Position numbers and translations under genes: made by a program. Of a stretch of DNA of 64,000 nt, positions 47,030 through 58,189 are shown in pieces; within the stretch, counting starts at the first letter, position 1; each line of letters begins with the position of its first letter. The notes under the pieces were generated by a model. It made no database searches. It saw nothing but the letters and a program-made list of their open reading frames with translations, and had not been told where the DNA came from. Origin of the DNA: Desulfobacteraceae bacterium (GTDB taxonomy: Bacteria; Desulfobacterota; Desulfobacteria; Desulfobacterales; JAABRJ01); the NCBI GenBank assembly GCA_022340425.1, contig JAJDNY010000161.1, forward strand, positions 14,451 through 78,450, given 5' to 3'.

Positions 47030-48538
47030 CTATACCGCCAGCCCCCGGGCCACCCAGTCCGCCAGAGTGGGCAGTTCCAGACCGCAGCCGGAGACCGGCT
47101 TCCACTCGCACTGGGCGTTGAGTTCGACCCCTTCGCAGATCAGGGAAACCGGGTGGTCGGCGGACACCACCACCACCATCAGGCGCGGGTGCTCGGCCGA
47201 GAACCGCAGGGCGGAGTTGTAGCGCGCGCCCCGGGCGCGGTTTTCCTCGGTCAGCGCCCTGCCGTCCAAAAGACAGGCGAAGCGGTGCAGCCGCAGGTCG
47301 GCGCCGATCTGCAGGGCACCGTCCATTCTGGCCAGGGACCGGGTCAGGTCCAGCAGGCTCTCCTGCCGAAGGTCCAACGGCGCTTCCAGGTCCTGGCCTG
47401 AAATTTCAACCGGGGCGGGGTTGAGATCCAGCACCAGGGTGCAGCCGAATTTCTGTTCCTGGGCGTGGTGCACGATGTTGGCGGCGATCTTGTAAAGCCG
47501 GTTGCCGTCGTCCGGCTCCAGCGGGGACTCCAGCAACATCTCCTCCAGATGCACGAGGTTGGCCTTGTAGGTGGTCGAGCGGAAGTTGCCGTCGATGAAG
47601 CTGCAGACCGGCTCGCCGCCGAAGCGCAGGAACCCCTGACCGCCGCGGTACTCGGCCGTGATGCGACATTGGGGCAGGGAGCCGGCGGCGATGCCGAAGA
47701 TGCTGACCCCGTCGGAGACCAGTTTGCGGGGGCTGCCCTCCACGGCCAGCAGGGTCTTGCGGACGTGCTTGAAATTCTGCAGCGACGGGCGCTCCAGCTT
47801 CGGGAAGCGGGCGATGAAAGCCAGCTGGTGGATGGCCACCGGCTCCACGAAGACGATCTGCCCCCGGGGCCAGGCGCCCTCTTCGCGGGTTTTGGAAATC
47901 CCCAGGATCGCGTCCAGAACGGGGTAGACCCGCAGTTGGGTGTCCCAGCCCAGCAAGATGTTGAGCTGGTCCACGATGTGGTCGCGCACCGCGTGGGCGG
48001 CGTACTCCCGCAGGAAATATCCCGATATGCCGGTGTAGTAAAAATTTTCGGGCCTCAGGTCGGTGGATAGCCGCCAAGCGGCGTGCTCTAACCAGCGCTC
48101 GGTGGGGCCGATGGCGCACATGTCCAGGTGGTGCTCGGTGAACCACATCTGATAGAAGACCGCCGGCGACCGGCCGCCGTAGGAAATCAGTCCGGCCAGG
48201 TCGAGGTTTTTGACCGGGTAGGTCTGGCCGGTCAGGGGCATCTGGTCGAAGCCGGCGGGAAGCCGCCGCCACGCATCGCTGTCCAGGTAGAGTTCTTTGA
48301 ACTTGAGTTCGTGGCCGTGCAGGAGGTTCTGGGGGTCGAAAATACGCAGAGGGTCCTCGGGAAGCACGGAAAAGATGACCGCTGCGCGGCTGGGGCCGGA
48401 AAAGTGCGACAGTCCGTCGCGCAGTCCGTCGAGGGCATCGAAGATCCGCCGGTTTTGAAACCAGTCCAGGGCCATGGCTGCAACCGATTGGAGGGCGGCC
48501 GGGGCGGGCCGCCAGTGCAGAACATCTTCCCTTACCAC
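47030..48538 (-). CDS. Protein with C-terminal DisA_N (diadenylate-cyclase-like) domain, atypical motifs
   Basis: C-terminal blocks 'KFGCTLVLDL', 'RMDGALQIG', 'RGARYNSALRFS' and 'LMVVVVSADHPVSLI' parallel the DAC-domain blocks GALIVI / HDGAVII / GTRHRAA / VIVVSEETG. The N-terminal ~340 aa are unassigned. Start is GTG 48538 or ATG 48475; neither has a clear RBS. Confidence 0.65.
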   Translation of the reverse strand: MVREDVLHWRPAPAALQSVAAMALDWFQNRRIFDALDGLRDGLSHFSGPSRAAVIFSVLPEDPLRIFDPQNLLHGHELKFKELYLDSDAWRRLPAGFDQMPLTGQTYPVKNLDLAGLISYGGRSPAVFYQMWFTEHHLDMCAIGPTERWLEHAAWRLSTDLRPENFYYTGISGYFLREYAAHAVRDHIVDQLNILLGWDTQLRVYPVLDAILGISKTREEGAWPRGQIVFVEPVAIHQLAFIARFPKLERPSLQNFKHVRKTLLAVEGSPRKLVSDGVSIFGIAAGSLPQCRITAEYRGGQGFLRFGGEPVCSFIDGNFRSTTYKANLVHLEEMLLESPLEPDDGNRLYKIAANIVHHAQEQKFGCTLVLDLNPAPVEISGQDLEAPLDLRQESLLDLTRSLARMDGALQIGADLRLHRFACLLDGRALTEENRARGARYNSALRFSAEHPRLMVVVVSADHPVSLICEGVELNAQCEWKPVSGCGLELPTLADWVARGLAV

Positions 48539-48860
48539 TTAACGGGGGCAATCGCAAACCGGTCGGGGCTCTCTTGCGGCCCGGGCGCCCGGCTGCCGCC
48601 GCCCCATGCGATTTTGATTGCAAATCAAAAAAATCTCGAGTAGAAGGCTCCCCTTCTATTTGTATCGGTGCTTCTTTATCTTTCAAGAGCCTCCGGGGTC
48701 GGAGGTGCGGGAAGGCGAGGCGCTTTTTTTTGAGCGGCGGGCCGCCGAGGCCCGCCCGGCAGAGGGTAAACCGATGTCACATGCTGTTCCAGGTTGTGCG
48801 AATCCCAATGCCCTGCCCGGCTCTGCGGGCCTGTGGGTGCCCGCTTGGGGGAGGCTTAAA

Positions 48861-49724
48861 ATGGGGTTCAACCGCCATCAATTCGTCTACTCGGTTCCCT
48901 GGAACCTCTTTTTGCTCTCGGTTGGCTCGCTGCTCTTTGCCGTCGGCTTCAAGGCCATCACCCTGCCCCACGGCTTTATTACCGGCGGGATTTCGGGCGT
49001 CGCCTTGCTGCTCTACTACCTGACGGATCGCTTGACGGTGGGGATGTGGTATCTGATCGTCAACGTGCCGATTTTTCTGGTGGGCTGGAAGTTTGTCAGC
49101 CGGCGCTTCTTCTTTTACAGCCTGTTCGGGATGGCGGCCTCCACCGCCGGGATGGACCTGATCACCTTCACCATCCCCATCCACGACCATTTCCTGGCGG
49201 TCCTCGCCGGCGGGGCCATCATGGGTGCCGGCTGCGGCATCATCCTGCGCTCGATGGGTTCGGCGGGCGGCAACGACATCATCGGCGTCATCCTGAATCA
49301 GAAGTTAAATCTGCGCATCGGGAGCTACTACTTTTTTTTCAACGTCGTGCTTTTCAGCTTCAGCTTCGGGCTGCTGCAGGTGGACTTGGTGCTCTACTCG
49401 CTGGCGATGAGCTTCGTGCTCTCCCAGGTGCTGGATTACTGCCTCAGTATTTTCAACCAGCGCAAAATGGTGATGATCATCTCCGAGCAGGCCGATCCCA
49501 TCGCGGCCGTGATCAACCAGAAGTTCAACCGCGGCGCGACTTTTTTGCACGGGCAGGGCACCTACACCGGCAAGGCCAAGAAAATCATCATGACGGTGGT
49601 CAACAACTACGAGGTCAAGCGGCTGGAAGAGGCGGTCTTCACCCTGGATGCCGAGGCCTTCATGATCACCGAAAACACCTTCAATGTGTTGGGCAAAGGC
49701 TTTTCCAGCCGCAAGGTCTACTAA
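48861..49724 (+). CDS. YitT-family membrane protein (DUF2179 C-terminal domain)
   Basis: ORF 48618..49724 trimmed to ATG 48861 (GGGGGAGG RBS). 'GGISGVALLL' and 'GSAGGNDIIGVIL' repeats, and a C-terminal 'RGATFLHGQGTYTG...VVNNYEVKRLEEAV' DUF2179-like domain. Confidence 0.8.
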   Translation: MGFNRHQFVYSVPWNLFLLSVGSLLFAVGFKAITLPHGFITGGISGVALLLYYLTDRLTVGMWYLIVNVPIFLVGWKFVSRRFFFYSLFGMAASTAGMDLITFTIPIHDHFLAVLAGGAIMGAGCGIILRSMGSAGGNDIIGVILNQKLNLRIGSYYFFFNVVLFSFSFGLLQVDLVLYSLAMSFVLSQVLDYCLSIFNQRKMVMIISEQADPIAAVINQKFNRGATFLHGQGTYTGKAKKIIMTVVNNYEVKRLEEAVFTLDAEAFMITENTFNVLGKGFSSRKVY

Positions 49725-49735
49725 CCGCCGCAGTC

Positions 49736-51172
49736 CTAAGCGGGGGCGGCGGCGGCCGCCTTGCGCTCGGCCTGGCAGCGGCGCAGGTCCGCCCAGACCG
49801 TCGCTACCTGGCGACGGGTTTCCTCCAGGTCTCCTTCATTGTTGACCACGTAGTTGGCAAAGCTCAGTTTGTCCTGGATGGACAGCTGGGCCTTGAGGAT
49901 CGTGGCGGCCTCCTCGGTGCTGATGCCGTCGCGCTTGGCCAGGCGCGCGATCTGCTCCTCGGGGGGGATGTAGACCACCAGGATGCGGTCGAAGAGGTAC
50001 TGCAGGTTGAGTTCAATCAGCAGCGGGATGACCACCTGGATGATGGCCTCGGGGTCCTCGGCGGTGATGGCGTTCACCTGCCGGAAGAACTCCTCGTAGA
50101 TCGGCGGGTGGGTGAAGCTCTCCAGTTTTTTGCGTTTTTCCATGTCGCCGAAAACGATCTTGGAAAGCTTTTTGCGGTCCAGGCCGCCGTCGGGCTGCAG
50201 CACCTGGCGGCCGAAATAGGCCACGATGTGGTCGTAGCCCGGTGTGCCGGGTTCCACCACCTGGCGGGCGATCAGATCGAAGTCGATGATCGGCGCCCCC
50301 ATTTCCCGCAGCATGTCCGAGACCGTGGTCTTGCCGCCGGCAATGCCCCCGGTGACCCCCAGCAGCAGCCGGTTGTCGTCGCCGCGGACCTTGGCCATCA
50401 TCTCGTCCAGCCCCTTGTAGGAGACCGGAAATTCCGGCGCGACATCGCCCTCTGCGCCGGCGAAACTGATGGGGTAGCGCACCCCGCGGCGGTAGAGCGC
50501 CTCCAGCCCTTGGAGCGCCTTGGGCATCATTTCGGCCGGAATAGCCATCACCAGCTCGTCGTCCTGGGCGTGGCCGTAGCGGCGCTCGCCGTAGCAGGGG
50601 ATCGTCAGCGAGGGTTTGCCGCTCTGGTAGCAGCGCACGATGGCGTCGGAGCAGGAGGACTCGCCCACGCAGTGAAACTGCATGACCTCGTAGCGGGTGA
50701 ACTGCAGGGCGTTGATCAGGAGGATCATCTGGGCGGGGTTGGCATAGACCAGCACGATGTCCGGTTCGAAGGGGTTGTAGACCAGGGGCGCCAGGACCAC
50801 CGCCTCGTGGCGGCCCAGGGGCAGGCGCGGGATCGCCGCTTCGAACTTCCGCCCGTCGGCCTTGGTGGCGGTCCAGACGATGCTGCGGAAGGTGCCGTCG
50901 CGGTGGGCTTCTGGCAGGTCCGTCAGGCCGATGATGGACGGGCAGGAGGGAAAGAGAAAATCCTCACCGTCGGCGCCGACGGTCCAGTCGAAGTTGCGGG
51001 CGAGGTTGACCAGTTGGCAAAGGGTGACCTTGTGGTTGGGCCGCCGCATGAAGGCGATCTGATCCAGGTCCGTTTTCTGGGGGAGCAGCTTGAAGGCCAC
51101 GGGGAAGCTTTTGAGCCGCAGCAGCTGTTCGAAGCGCCGAACGATTTTTTCCCAGTCGTGGGGGGTGTCCAT
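49736..51172 (-). CDS. coaE: Fusion protein: DUF169 (COG2043)-like domain + dephospho-CoA kinase
   Basis: C-terminal half has the CoaE P-loop 'GVTGGIAGGKTT', 'FDLIARQVVEPG' and 'RLAKRDGIS'. The N-terminal ~265 aa ('FPVAFKLL...PDIVLVYANPAQM...HCVGESSC..IPCYGERRYG') resemble DUF169 from memory. Confidence 0.8.
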   Translation of the reverse strand: MDTPHDWEKIVRRFEQLLRLKSFPVAFKLLPQKTDLDQIAFMRRPNHKVTLCQLVNLARNFDWTVGADGEDFLFPSCPSIIGLTDLPEAHRDGTFRSIVWTATKADGRKFEAAIPRLPLGRHEAVVLAPLVYNPFEPDIVLVYANPAQMILLINALQFTRYEVMQFHCVGESSCSDAIVRCYQSGKPSLTIPCYGERRYGHAQDDELVMAIPAEMMPKALQGLEALYRRGVRYPISFAGAEGDVAPEFPVSYKGLDEMMAKVRGDDNRLLLGVTGGIAGGKTTVSDMLREMGAPIIDFDLIARQVVEPGTPGYDHIVAYFGRQVLQPDGGLDRKKLSKIVFGDMEKRKKLESFTHPPIYEEFFRQVNAITAEDPEAIIQVVIPLLIELNLQYLFDRILVVYIPPEEQIARLAKRDGISTEEAATILKAQLSIQDKLSFANYVVNNEGDLEETRRQVATVWADLRRCQAERKAAAAAPA

Positions 51173-51224
51173 TTTACGTCTCTCCCTGTTTTGAAATTTC
51201 TGCCAGCGCGCGTTGGGTAGCGGT

Positions 51225-52403
51225 TCAGACGGCGGCGGCTTTTAGAATTTGGCGGAAGGCCAGCGGGGCGAAACGGCCGGTTTTAAGCGCCGCCAGCAGG
51301 TCGGCTTCGGAGCCGATCGCGGCCTCGAAGCGGGTGGCATAGGTGCCCACCTCCTCCCAGCGGTGAGCGTCGCTGCCCCCGCTGGCCGGCAGGTTGAGGC
51401 CCCGCGCGACTTCCGCCGCCAGGTTGTTTTCCGCCGCCGTCACCTTGCCGTTGAGCGTCTCCAGCCCGTTCACCAGCTGAAAGCAGGGCCGGGCCATGGC
51501 CTTTTCGACGGTCAGGCCGATCTCGCCGGCGCCGAAGGTCAAAAAGCCCCTGAAGGGGTGGGCGGCGATGATCAGCCCGCCGGCGCGGTCCACTTCCCGG
51601 CGCAGCTCCGCCAGCGGGATCACGCCCTTGATGTCGCGCGTAAACCCGAAGACCAGCATGTCGCCCTGGTCGGTGATGATCTCGTTGGCGGCCAGGACCA
51701 GAAAACCATGCTTCTGGCGCAGCGCCTCCACATGCTCGGGAGGCCAGACAAAATTGTGGTCCGTCAGGCAGATGCCGTCCAGGCCGATTCTCTGAGCTTC
51801 GGCGATCATGGCCGCCACCGGGTCGGAGGCGCACGGCGATGCGGGGGAGGTGTGGACGTGAAGGTCGATCACGAAGCCGCCTGCGGCATCGGCCGGGGCC
51901 GGCGCCGCGGGGCGCTCGGGGTGTGGCGGCTGCCGGCGGGGGGCCGCGGGGGCGGCCGAAACGGCGGCCGCCTTGGGGGCCGGCCGCTCGGTCGGGGTGT
52001 GGGCGGCTGCAAAGTCCTTGAAGGCTAGCCCGGGGCGCTCGGCCGCGGCGTCCTTCCAGGCGGCGATGCGGGCGGCTTCGCCGGCGGCCCGGCAGCACTC
52101 GATCAAGAGGTTGGCGAAATGGCGGCAGCTTTTGCGGCCGATGATCTTGTGGATTTTCTGGTCGATCCCGTCTTCGATCCGGAAGCCTACGGCGGCCTGC
52201 AGAAATTCCAGGCTGCGGGGGCACTCGGGTGTGGTGTGGCGGTTCCAGCGGCCTTCGATGGAGAGGAAGGTGAGGTCGGCCAGGCGCACCTTAAGATCGA
52301 TTTCAAGACCGTAGATGTCGTCGTCCAGCACGCCGTGGATCGCCAGGGTTTCGGGGTCCTTGCGGGCCACGCTGATCAGTTTGTTGCGCATGAATTTCAG
52401 CAT
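51225..52403 (-). CDS. Fusion protein: DUF2889-like N-terminal domain + PHP phosphoesterase domain
   Basis: C-terminal 'VIDLHVHTS', 'GICLTDHN', 'IAAHPFRG' and 'GGSDAH' PHP motifs, paralogous to 23703..24392. The N-terminal 'LAIHGVLDDDIYGLEIDLKV...CPRSLEFL...SCRHFANLL' is DUF2889-like. An Ala/Pro-rich linker joins them. Confidence 0.7.
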   Translation of the reverse strand: MLKFMRNKLISVARKDPETLAIHGVLDDDIYGLEIDLKVRLADLTFLSIEGRWNRHTTPECPRSLEFLQAAVGFRIEDGIDQKIHKIIGRKSCRHFANLLIECCRAAGEAARIAAWKDAAAERPGLAFKDFAAAHTPTERPAPKAAAVSAAPAAPRRQPPHPERPAAPAPADAAGGFVIDLHVHTSPASPCASDPVAAMIAEAQRIGLDGICLTDHNFVWPPEHVEALRQKHGFLVLAANEIITDQGDMLVFGFTRDIKGVIPLAELRREVDRAGGLIIAAHPFRGFLTFGAGEIGLTVEKAMARPCFQLVNGLETLNGKVTAAENNLAAEVARGLNLPASGGSDAHRWEEVGTYATRFEAAIGSEADLLAALKTGRFAPLAFRQILKAAAV

Positions 52404-52432
52404 TGTTTCCCCCTTTGGGTGGCCGGCGGGCG

Positions 52433-52933
52433 TTAGGCGGGTTTTTCGAAGCCCGCCACCAGGGGCGAGCCCTCGGCAAAGGCCGCGCAGCGGTTGTAGA
52501 GGCGGATATTGTCCTTGACCATCTTGGCGTAGAAATCGAACTTGCCCGGGGCGTCATCCGGGGCGTGCAGCAGCACTTTTTTGGTGAGTGTCAGGATCAC
52601 GCCGTGGCAGGCCTCCTCCACCATGTAGACCAGCTGGCTGTAATCCGCGTGCTCCCCGATCAGACCCGAGATGATCTTGAGCATGCCGGCGCCCACGCGC
52701 ACCCCTTTGAGCTTTTCCAGGCGCTCGGGCAGATCGGCGATCTCGCCCAGGACGCTGCTGCGGAAATGGCCTTCGGCGGCCTGGATGTTCAGATCGGGCA
52801 GTTTCACCGTCAGGGTCACCGCGGCCGTGGTGAGCGTGTCCTGGAGGCGGCAGGTGGAGAGCAGCGTCGTGTCGTTGGGCTGTTCCACGCTGGTGCAGCG
52901 GTTCATCGCAAAGTAAAGGATATTGTCGGCCAT
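52433..52933 (-). CDS. Hypothetical protein, DUF2889-like
   Basis: ORF 52433..53212 trimmed to ATG 52933 (GGGAGG RBS). 166 aa with a pattern similar to the N-terminus of the downstream fusion ('LLSTCRLQDTLTTAAVTLTVKL...EEACHGVIL'). Confidence 0.6.
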   Translation of the reverse strand: MADNILYFAMNRCTSVEQPNDTTLLSTCRLQDTLTTAAVTLTVKLPDLNIQAAEGHFRSSVLGEIADLPERLEKLKGVRVGAGMLKIISGLIGEHADYSQLVYMVEEACHGVILTLTKKVLLHAPDDAPGKFDFYAKMVKDNIRLYNRCAAFAEGSPLVAGFEKPA

Positions 52934-53022
52934 CTGGGAAGCCTCCCGTGTGTGGATGGGTTCTTTGGGGGCGGGTTCTCGGCGTCGGGCCGCCCCGCGG
53001 TGGGGCGGCCTGAAGGCGGCGA

Positions 53023-53769
53023 TCAGGTCCCCAGGGTGAACTTCCAGGCGCAGAACCAGCCTTCGGGGTGCGGGTCCGGCGGGCAGCCGATGCACTCGGT
53101 CTGGATGCGCCGGTCGATGGCGCTGGCGAAGTAGGGGTACTCCACCAGCCCCACGGACTTGCAGGGGTAGTCCGGAAGGCCCCGGCGCTGCCGGGCGGCC
53201 TGGACGCGGCACTTGTTCATGCGGAAGATGATGCAGTTCTCGTCCACCTGTTCCACCGACTGCTCGTTGATCAGGGCGTACATGCGAAAGGCCAGGGCCT
53301 TTTGCAGCGCGGGGATGCCGCCGTTTTCAGGCAGCTTGAGGATTTTTTTGATGCGCTCGGCCTCGAAGGGCGAGTAGCGGGTCCAGCAGGAGTCGTTGCA
53401 GCGCTTGGCGTCGTTCATGCCAAAGCGGCGCTCCACGGCCTGGAACCAGATCCCGTCGTTGGCCAGCCAGTTGACCCCGAGTTTTTCCAGCAGGTCGATC
53501 AGGGTTTCCTTGGAAAAGCTGTTCAAGACGGCCGGGATGCCGTTTTCCACTGGAAAATCAAGCGTCTTGCCCAGACGCTGGACCTGGTTGGCGAGGCTTG
53601 CGCGCCAGACGTCCTCTTCCACCGCCAGGGCTTTTTCCATTCCCAGTTGATGCTCCACCTGGGCAAACCAATGGCCGTAGTGCACCACGGTCCGGCGTAA
53701 AGCGTCCACCACCAGCTGGACCAGGGTTTCCTGATCGGTCTCCGCAATGATCTGTCGCATTTCATTCAT
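53023..53769 (-). CDS. Hypothetical protein with Cys-rich C-terminus (possibly DUF6125 / ATC-hydrolase-like)
   Basis: 248 aa. GGAGGAG RBS. 'CRVQAARQRRGLPDYPCKSVG...ECIGCPPDPHPEGWFCAWKF'. Family call is from memory only. Confidence 0.55.
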   Translation of the reverse strand: MNEMRQIIAETDQETLVQLVVDALRRTVVHYGHWFAQVEHQLGMEKALAVEEDVWRASLANQVQRLGKTLDFPVENGIPAVLNSFSKETLIDLLEKLGVNWLANDGIWFQAVERRFGMNDAKRCNDSCWTRYSPFEAERIKKILKLPENGGIPALQKALAFRMYALINEQSVEQVDENCIIFRMNKCRVQAARQRRGLPDYPCKSVGLVEYPYFASAIDRRIQTECIGCPPDPHPEGWFCAWKFTLGT

Positions 53770-53905
53770 GCCGTGTGAATCTCCTCCGCGTTGGCGTTGA
53801 GGTTGGGGCCGTGGCCAGCTTGGACTGGCGGCCGGGGAAGGCCTCTGCCGGCAGCGGCCGCGGGATGCTGCGATCGACGATCCGGGCGGCGCCGTGAACG
53901 GGCGG

Positions 53906-54682
53906 TTACCTGAGCTTCCACTCCGGTTTGCGTTTGTTCAGAAAGGCGTCGACCCCCTCCTGACCGTCCTCGGTGATGCACAGCGAGGCGAACATTTCGT
54001 TGGAATACTCCAGCGCCTTGGCGTACTCCATGTCCGACATGCCGTAAAAGGCCTGCTTGCCCATCTGAACGGCCAAGGGGCTCTTTTTGGCCAGCTTGCG
54101 GGCCAACTCGAGGGTGGCTGCGGCCAACTCCTCCTTGGGAACCACCTTGTTGACCAGCCCCCACTGCTCGGCAGTCCGGGCGTCGATCATGTCGCCGGTG
54201 AGGAGCATCTCCAGGGCGCGTTTGCGCCCCAGGGAGCGCGAAACCGGCACGGCCGGCCCCATGCAGAAAAGCCCCACGCTGACGGCCGTCAACCCGATGC
54301 GGGTGCCTTCGGCCACCACCGCCAGGTCTGCGGCGGCGATCAGACCGCCGCCGTTGGCGACGGCAAAGCCATGGACCGATGCGATCACCGGCTTTTTCAT
54401 TCCGGCGATGGTTAGGGCCATCTCCTCCATCAGGGCGACCCACTGCTTGTACTCATAGTGGTTCTTGCCGAAAAACTCCTTCAGGTCGATGCCGGCGCAA
54501 AAGGCCTTGCCGGCGCCGCGGATGACCACCACCCGGACCTCCGGGTCGGCGTCCAGATCGCGCAGGCCGCGGTTCAACTCGGTGGCCATCTCGCTGTTGA
54601 AGGTGTTCATCTGCTCGGGTCGGTTGAGGGTCAGGGTGGCGATATGCTCCTGCTGCTCAATGGCGATGGTGTTAAACGACAT
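53906..54682 (-). CDS. Enoyl-CoA hydratase/isomerase (crotonase) family protein
   Basis: ORF trimmed to ATG 54682 (GGGAGG RBS). 'ATLTLNRPEQMN', 'GAGKAFCAGIDLKEF' and 'PVIASVHGFAVANGGGL' crotonase motifs. Confidence 0.9.
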   Translation of the reverse strand: MSFNTIAIEQQEHIATLTLNRPEQMNTFNSEMATELNRGLRDLDADPEVRVVVIRGAGKAFCAGIDLKEFFGKNHYEYKQWVALMEEMALTIAGMKKPVIASVHGFAVANGGGLIAAADLAVVAEGTRIGLTAVSVGLFCMGPAVPVSRSLGRKRALEMLLTGDMIDARTAEQWGLVNKVVPKEELAAATLELARKLAKKSPLAVQMGKQAFYGMSDMEYAKALEYSNEMFASLCITEDGQEGVDAFLNKRKPEWKLR

Positions 54683-54996
54683 GGTGACCTCCCGTGAAAG
54701 GCGTTTTGCAAGCATCGAAGATAATGACCCCGCGCGGCGCACAGGGCGGGCCGTTCCGTTCTGAACGAGCGCTCAATCGAGAATAGCCCCTCATCCGGCG
54801 GGTGTCAAGGAATTTCCTAATCCGGTTAATGCTTCGAAATCATGCGATTTTCCCTCTGGCACCGCCCCCCTTGGGAGGCCGCGGCCCGAAAGCCTTTGAA
54901 ATATGCCAGGTCCTATGCTACTTATGCCCCGCTGATCGGGGAGGCCCTGCCGGGTTTTCCCATGAATTCTCAACCCCCCATCAGGGAGGCCCTTCG

Positions 54997-55233
54997 ATGA
55001 ACCAGGCGGACGACCTCGAGGCCCGGCGCCAGCGCTGGCTGCGCAGCCGGCGCAAGTGGTACAATATTTATCTCTTTGCCGGGGTGGGCATCAACTTTAT
55101 CCTTTATTTCACCAAGCCGTTCGGCTTTGACCCCAGCCACAGCATCCTGTGGGGGTCCTTTTTCGGCCTCTGCATTCCGCTGGCGACCATGCTGGTCTGC
55201 GGCTATATCCACCAGAAACTGTTGGGCCTATGA
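54997..55233 (+). CDS. Small membrane protein (78 aa, two predicted TM helices)
   Basis: ORF 54802..55233 trimmed to ATG 54997 (AGGGAGG RBS at 54983-54989). Two hydrophobic stretches. ATGA overlap with the next gene. Confidence 0.5.
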   Translation: MNQADDLEARRQRWLRSRRKWYNIYLFAGVGINFILYFTKPFGFDPSHSILWGSFFGLCIPLATMLVCGYIHQKLLGL

Positions 55234-56156
55234 GCCGCTTGCTTACCAAATCGTTGCAGCCGGTTGGCGTGCTGCTGCTGGTCGCGGTCCTCTCGGGGCT
55301 TACGGCTGCCAGCGCGCACGCCGACGCCCGCTTCATCAGCGATCACCGCATGACCGAGCTGATGCTGGGTGACAAGGAAACCGAGTTGACCGTGGCTTAC
55401 GCGCCGGCGGGTAAATTCCTGGAAAAAAAGACCCGCTTCACCGGCAGCTGGATGAAACGCTTTTTCGGCGAGGTCAAGGAGGAAAAGGTTGCCACCTATT
55501 TTTTCCTGGATCGCGATGAAATTCGGGAGATCGACTGGCAAAACGGCCGGATTTATGTTTTTCCCTTCGAAAAAATGGCTGTCATCCGTTGGATTCAAAA
55601 CAAGAAGGCTGAATACGAAGGGGTTCGCGAGTTCCTCGAGGAGCGCTACCGGGCCGTGCCGGCGAGTCTTGACATCAACGTGGCCGAGGCGCTGGAAACA
55701 GTCGACGGCTACCCCTGCCGGCGCGTTACCGCCGAGTTGGTCTACGGCACCGACGACCTCAAGAAGAGATCGCGCAGCATGACGGTGATGCGTCAGGAGT
55801 TGTGGCTCTCCGAGGCGGTCCCGGGATACGCCGACGTCGTGGCCTTTCATGAGGCCCTGGCCCGGCGGCTGGGCATCGAGGCCGAACGGCTGGGGAATTT
55901 TTCGGATCTGCTCAAGTTCTGGGACGGACCCCTGGAGCCGGTAATCGACAAGCTGCGCCAGGCCACCGGCTACCCGGTCAAGAGCACCCTGAGCGTGGAC
56001 GCCTACTACACCTCCGGGCTGGATACGGACGCCCCCAAAACCATCACCAAACGCCTGAAGACCGAAGCGGTCACCCTGCGCGAGGTACGCCTGGACCCGG
56101 TGGACATGGCCCGCTTCGCCGACCCGCCCCAGTTTCAGATCATCACGGCCGAGTAG
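55230..56156 (+). CDS. Hypothetical secreted protein
   Basis: ORF trimmed to ATG 55230. Signal peptide 'VGVLLLVAVLSGLTAASAHA'. 308 aa, no family recognised. Confidence 0.6.
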   Translation: MSRLLTKSLQPVGVLLLVAVLSGLTAASAHADARFISDHRMTELMLGDKETELTVAYAPAGKFLEKKTRFTGSWMKRFFGEVKEEKVATYFFLDRDEIREIDWQNGRIYVFPFEKMAVIRWIQNKKAEYEGVREFLEERYRAVPASLDINVAEALETVDGYPCRRVTAELVYGTDDLKKRSRSMTVMRQELWLSEAVPGYADVVAFHEALARRLGIEAERLGNFSDLLKFWDGPLEPVIDKLRQATGYPVKSTLSVDAYYTSGLDTDAPKTITKRLKTEAVTLREVRLDPVDMARFADPPQFQIITAE

Positions 56157-56178
56157 CCGCGGCGGGCCGGGCCGGCGC

Positions 56179-56197
56179 GGGGGGCATCCCCCTTTCT
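56179..56197 (+). terminator. Candidate intrinsic terminator
   Basis: G6-CAT-C5 hairpin (56179-56192) followed by TTTCT, 23 nt after the stop at 56156. The stem is short and the loop very tight. Confidence 0.3.
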
Positions 56198-56231
56198 GCT
56201 CCGGCCCGACCCAACCGCATCCCGGCTGCAC

Positions 56232-58187
<1,956 letters not shown>

Positions 58188-58189
58188 CT

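Noticed and set aside
48539-48860. Possible riboswitch or attenuator upstream of the YitT-family gene: AT palindrome TTTTGATT-GCA-AATCAAAA (48612-48630), small hairpins (48642-48657, 48690-48705) and a T8 tract (48724-48731).
   Set aside because: No recognisable conserved aptamer is present and no convincing stem sits directly before the T8 tract. This is more likely ordinary divergent promoter/operator sequence. It would need a cmsearch or covariation analysis to revive.
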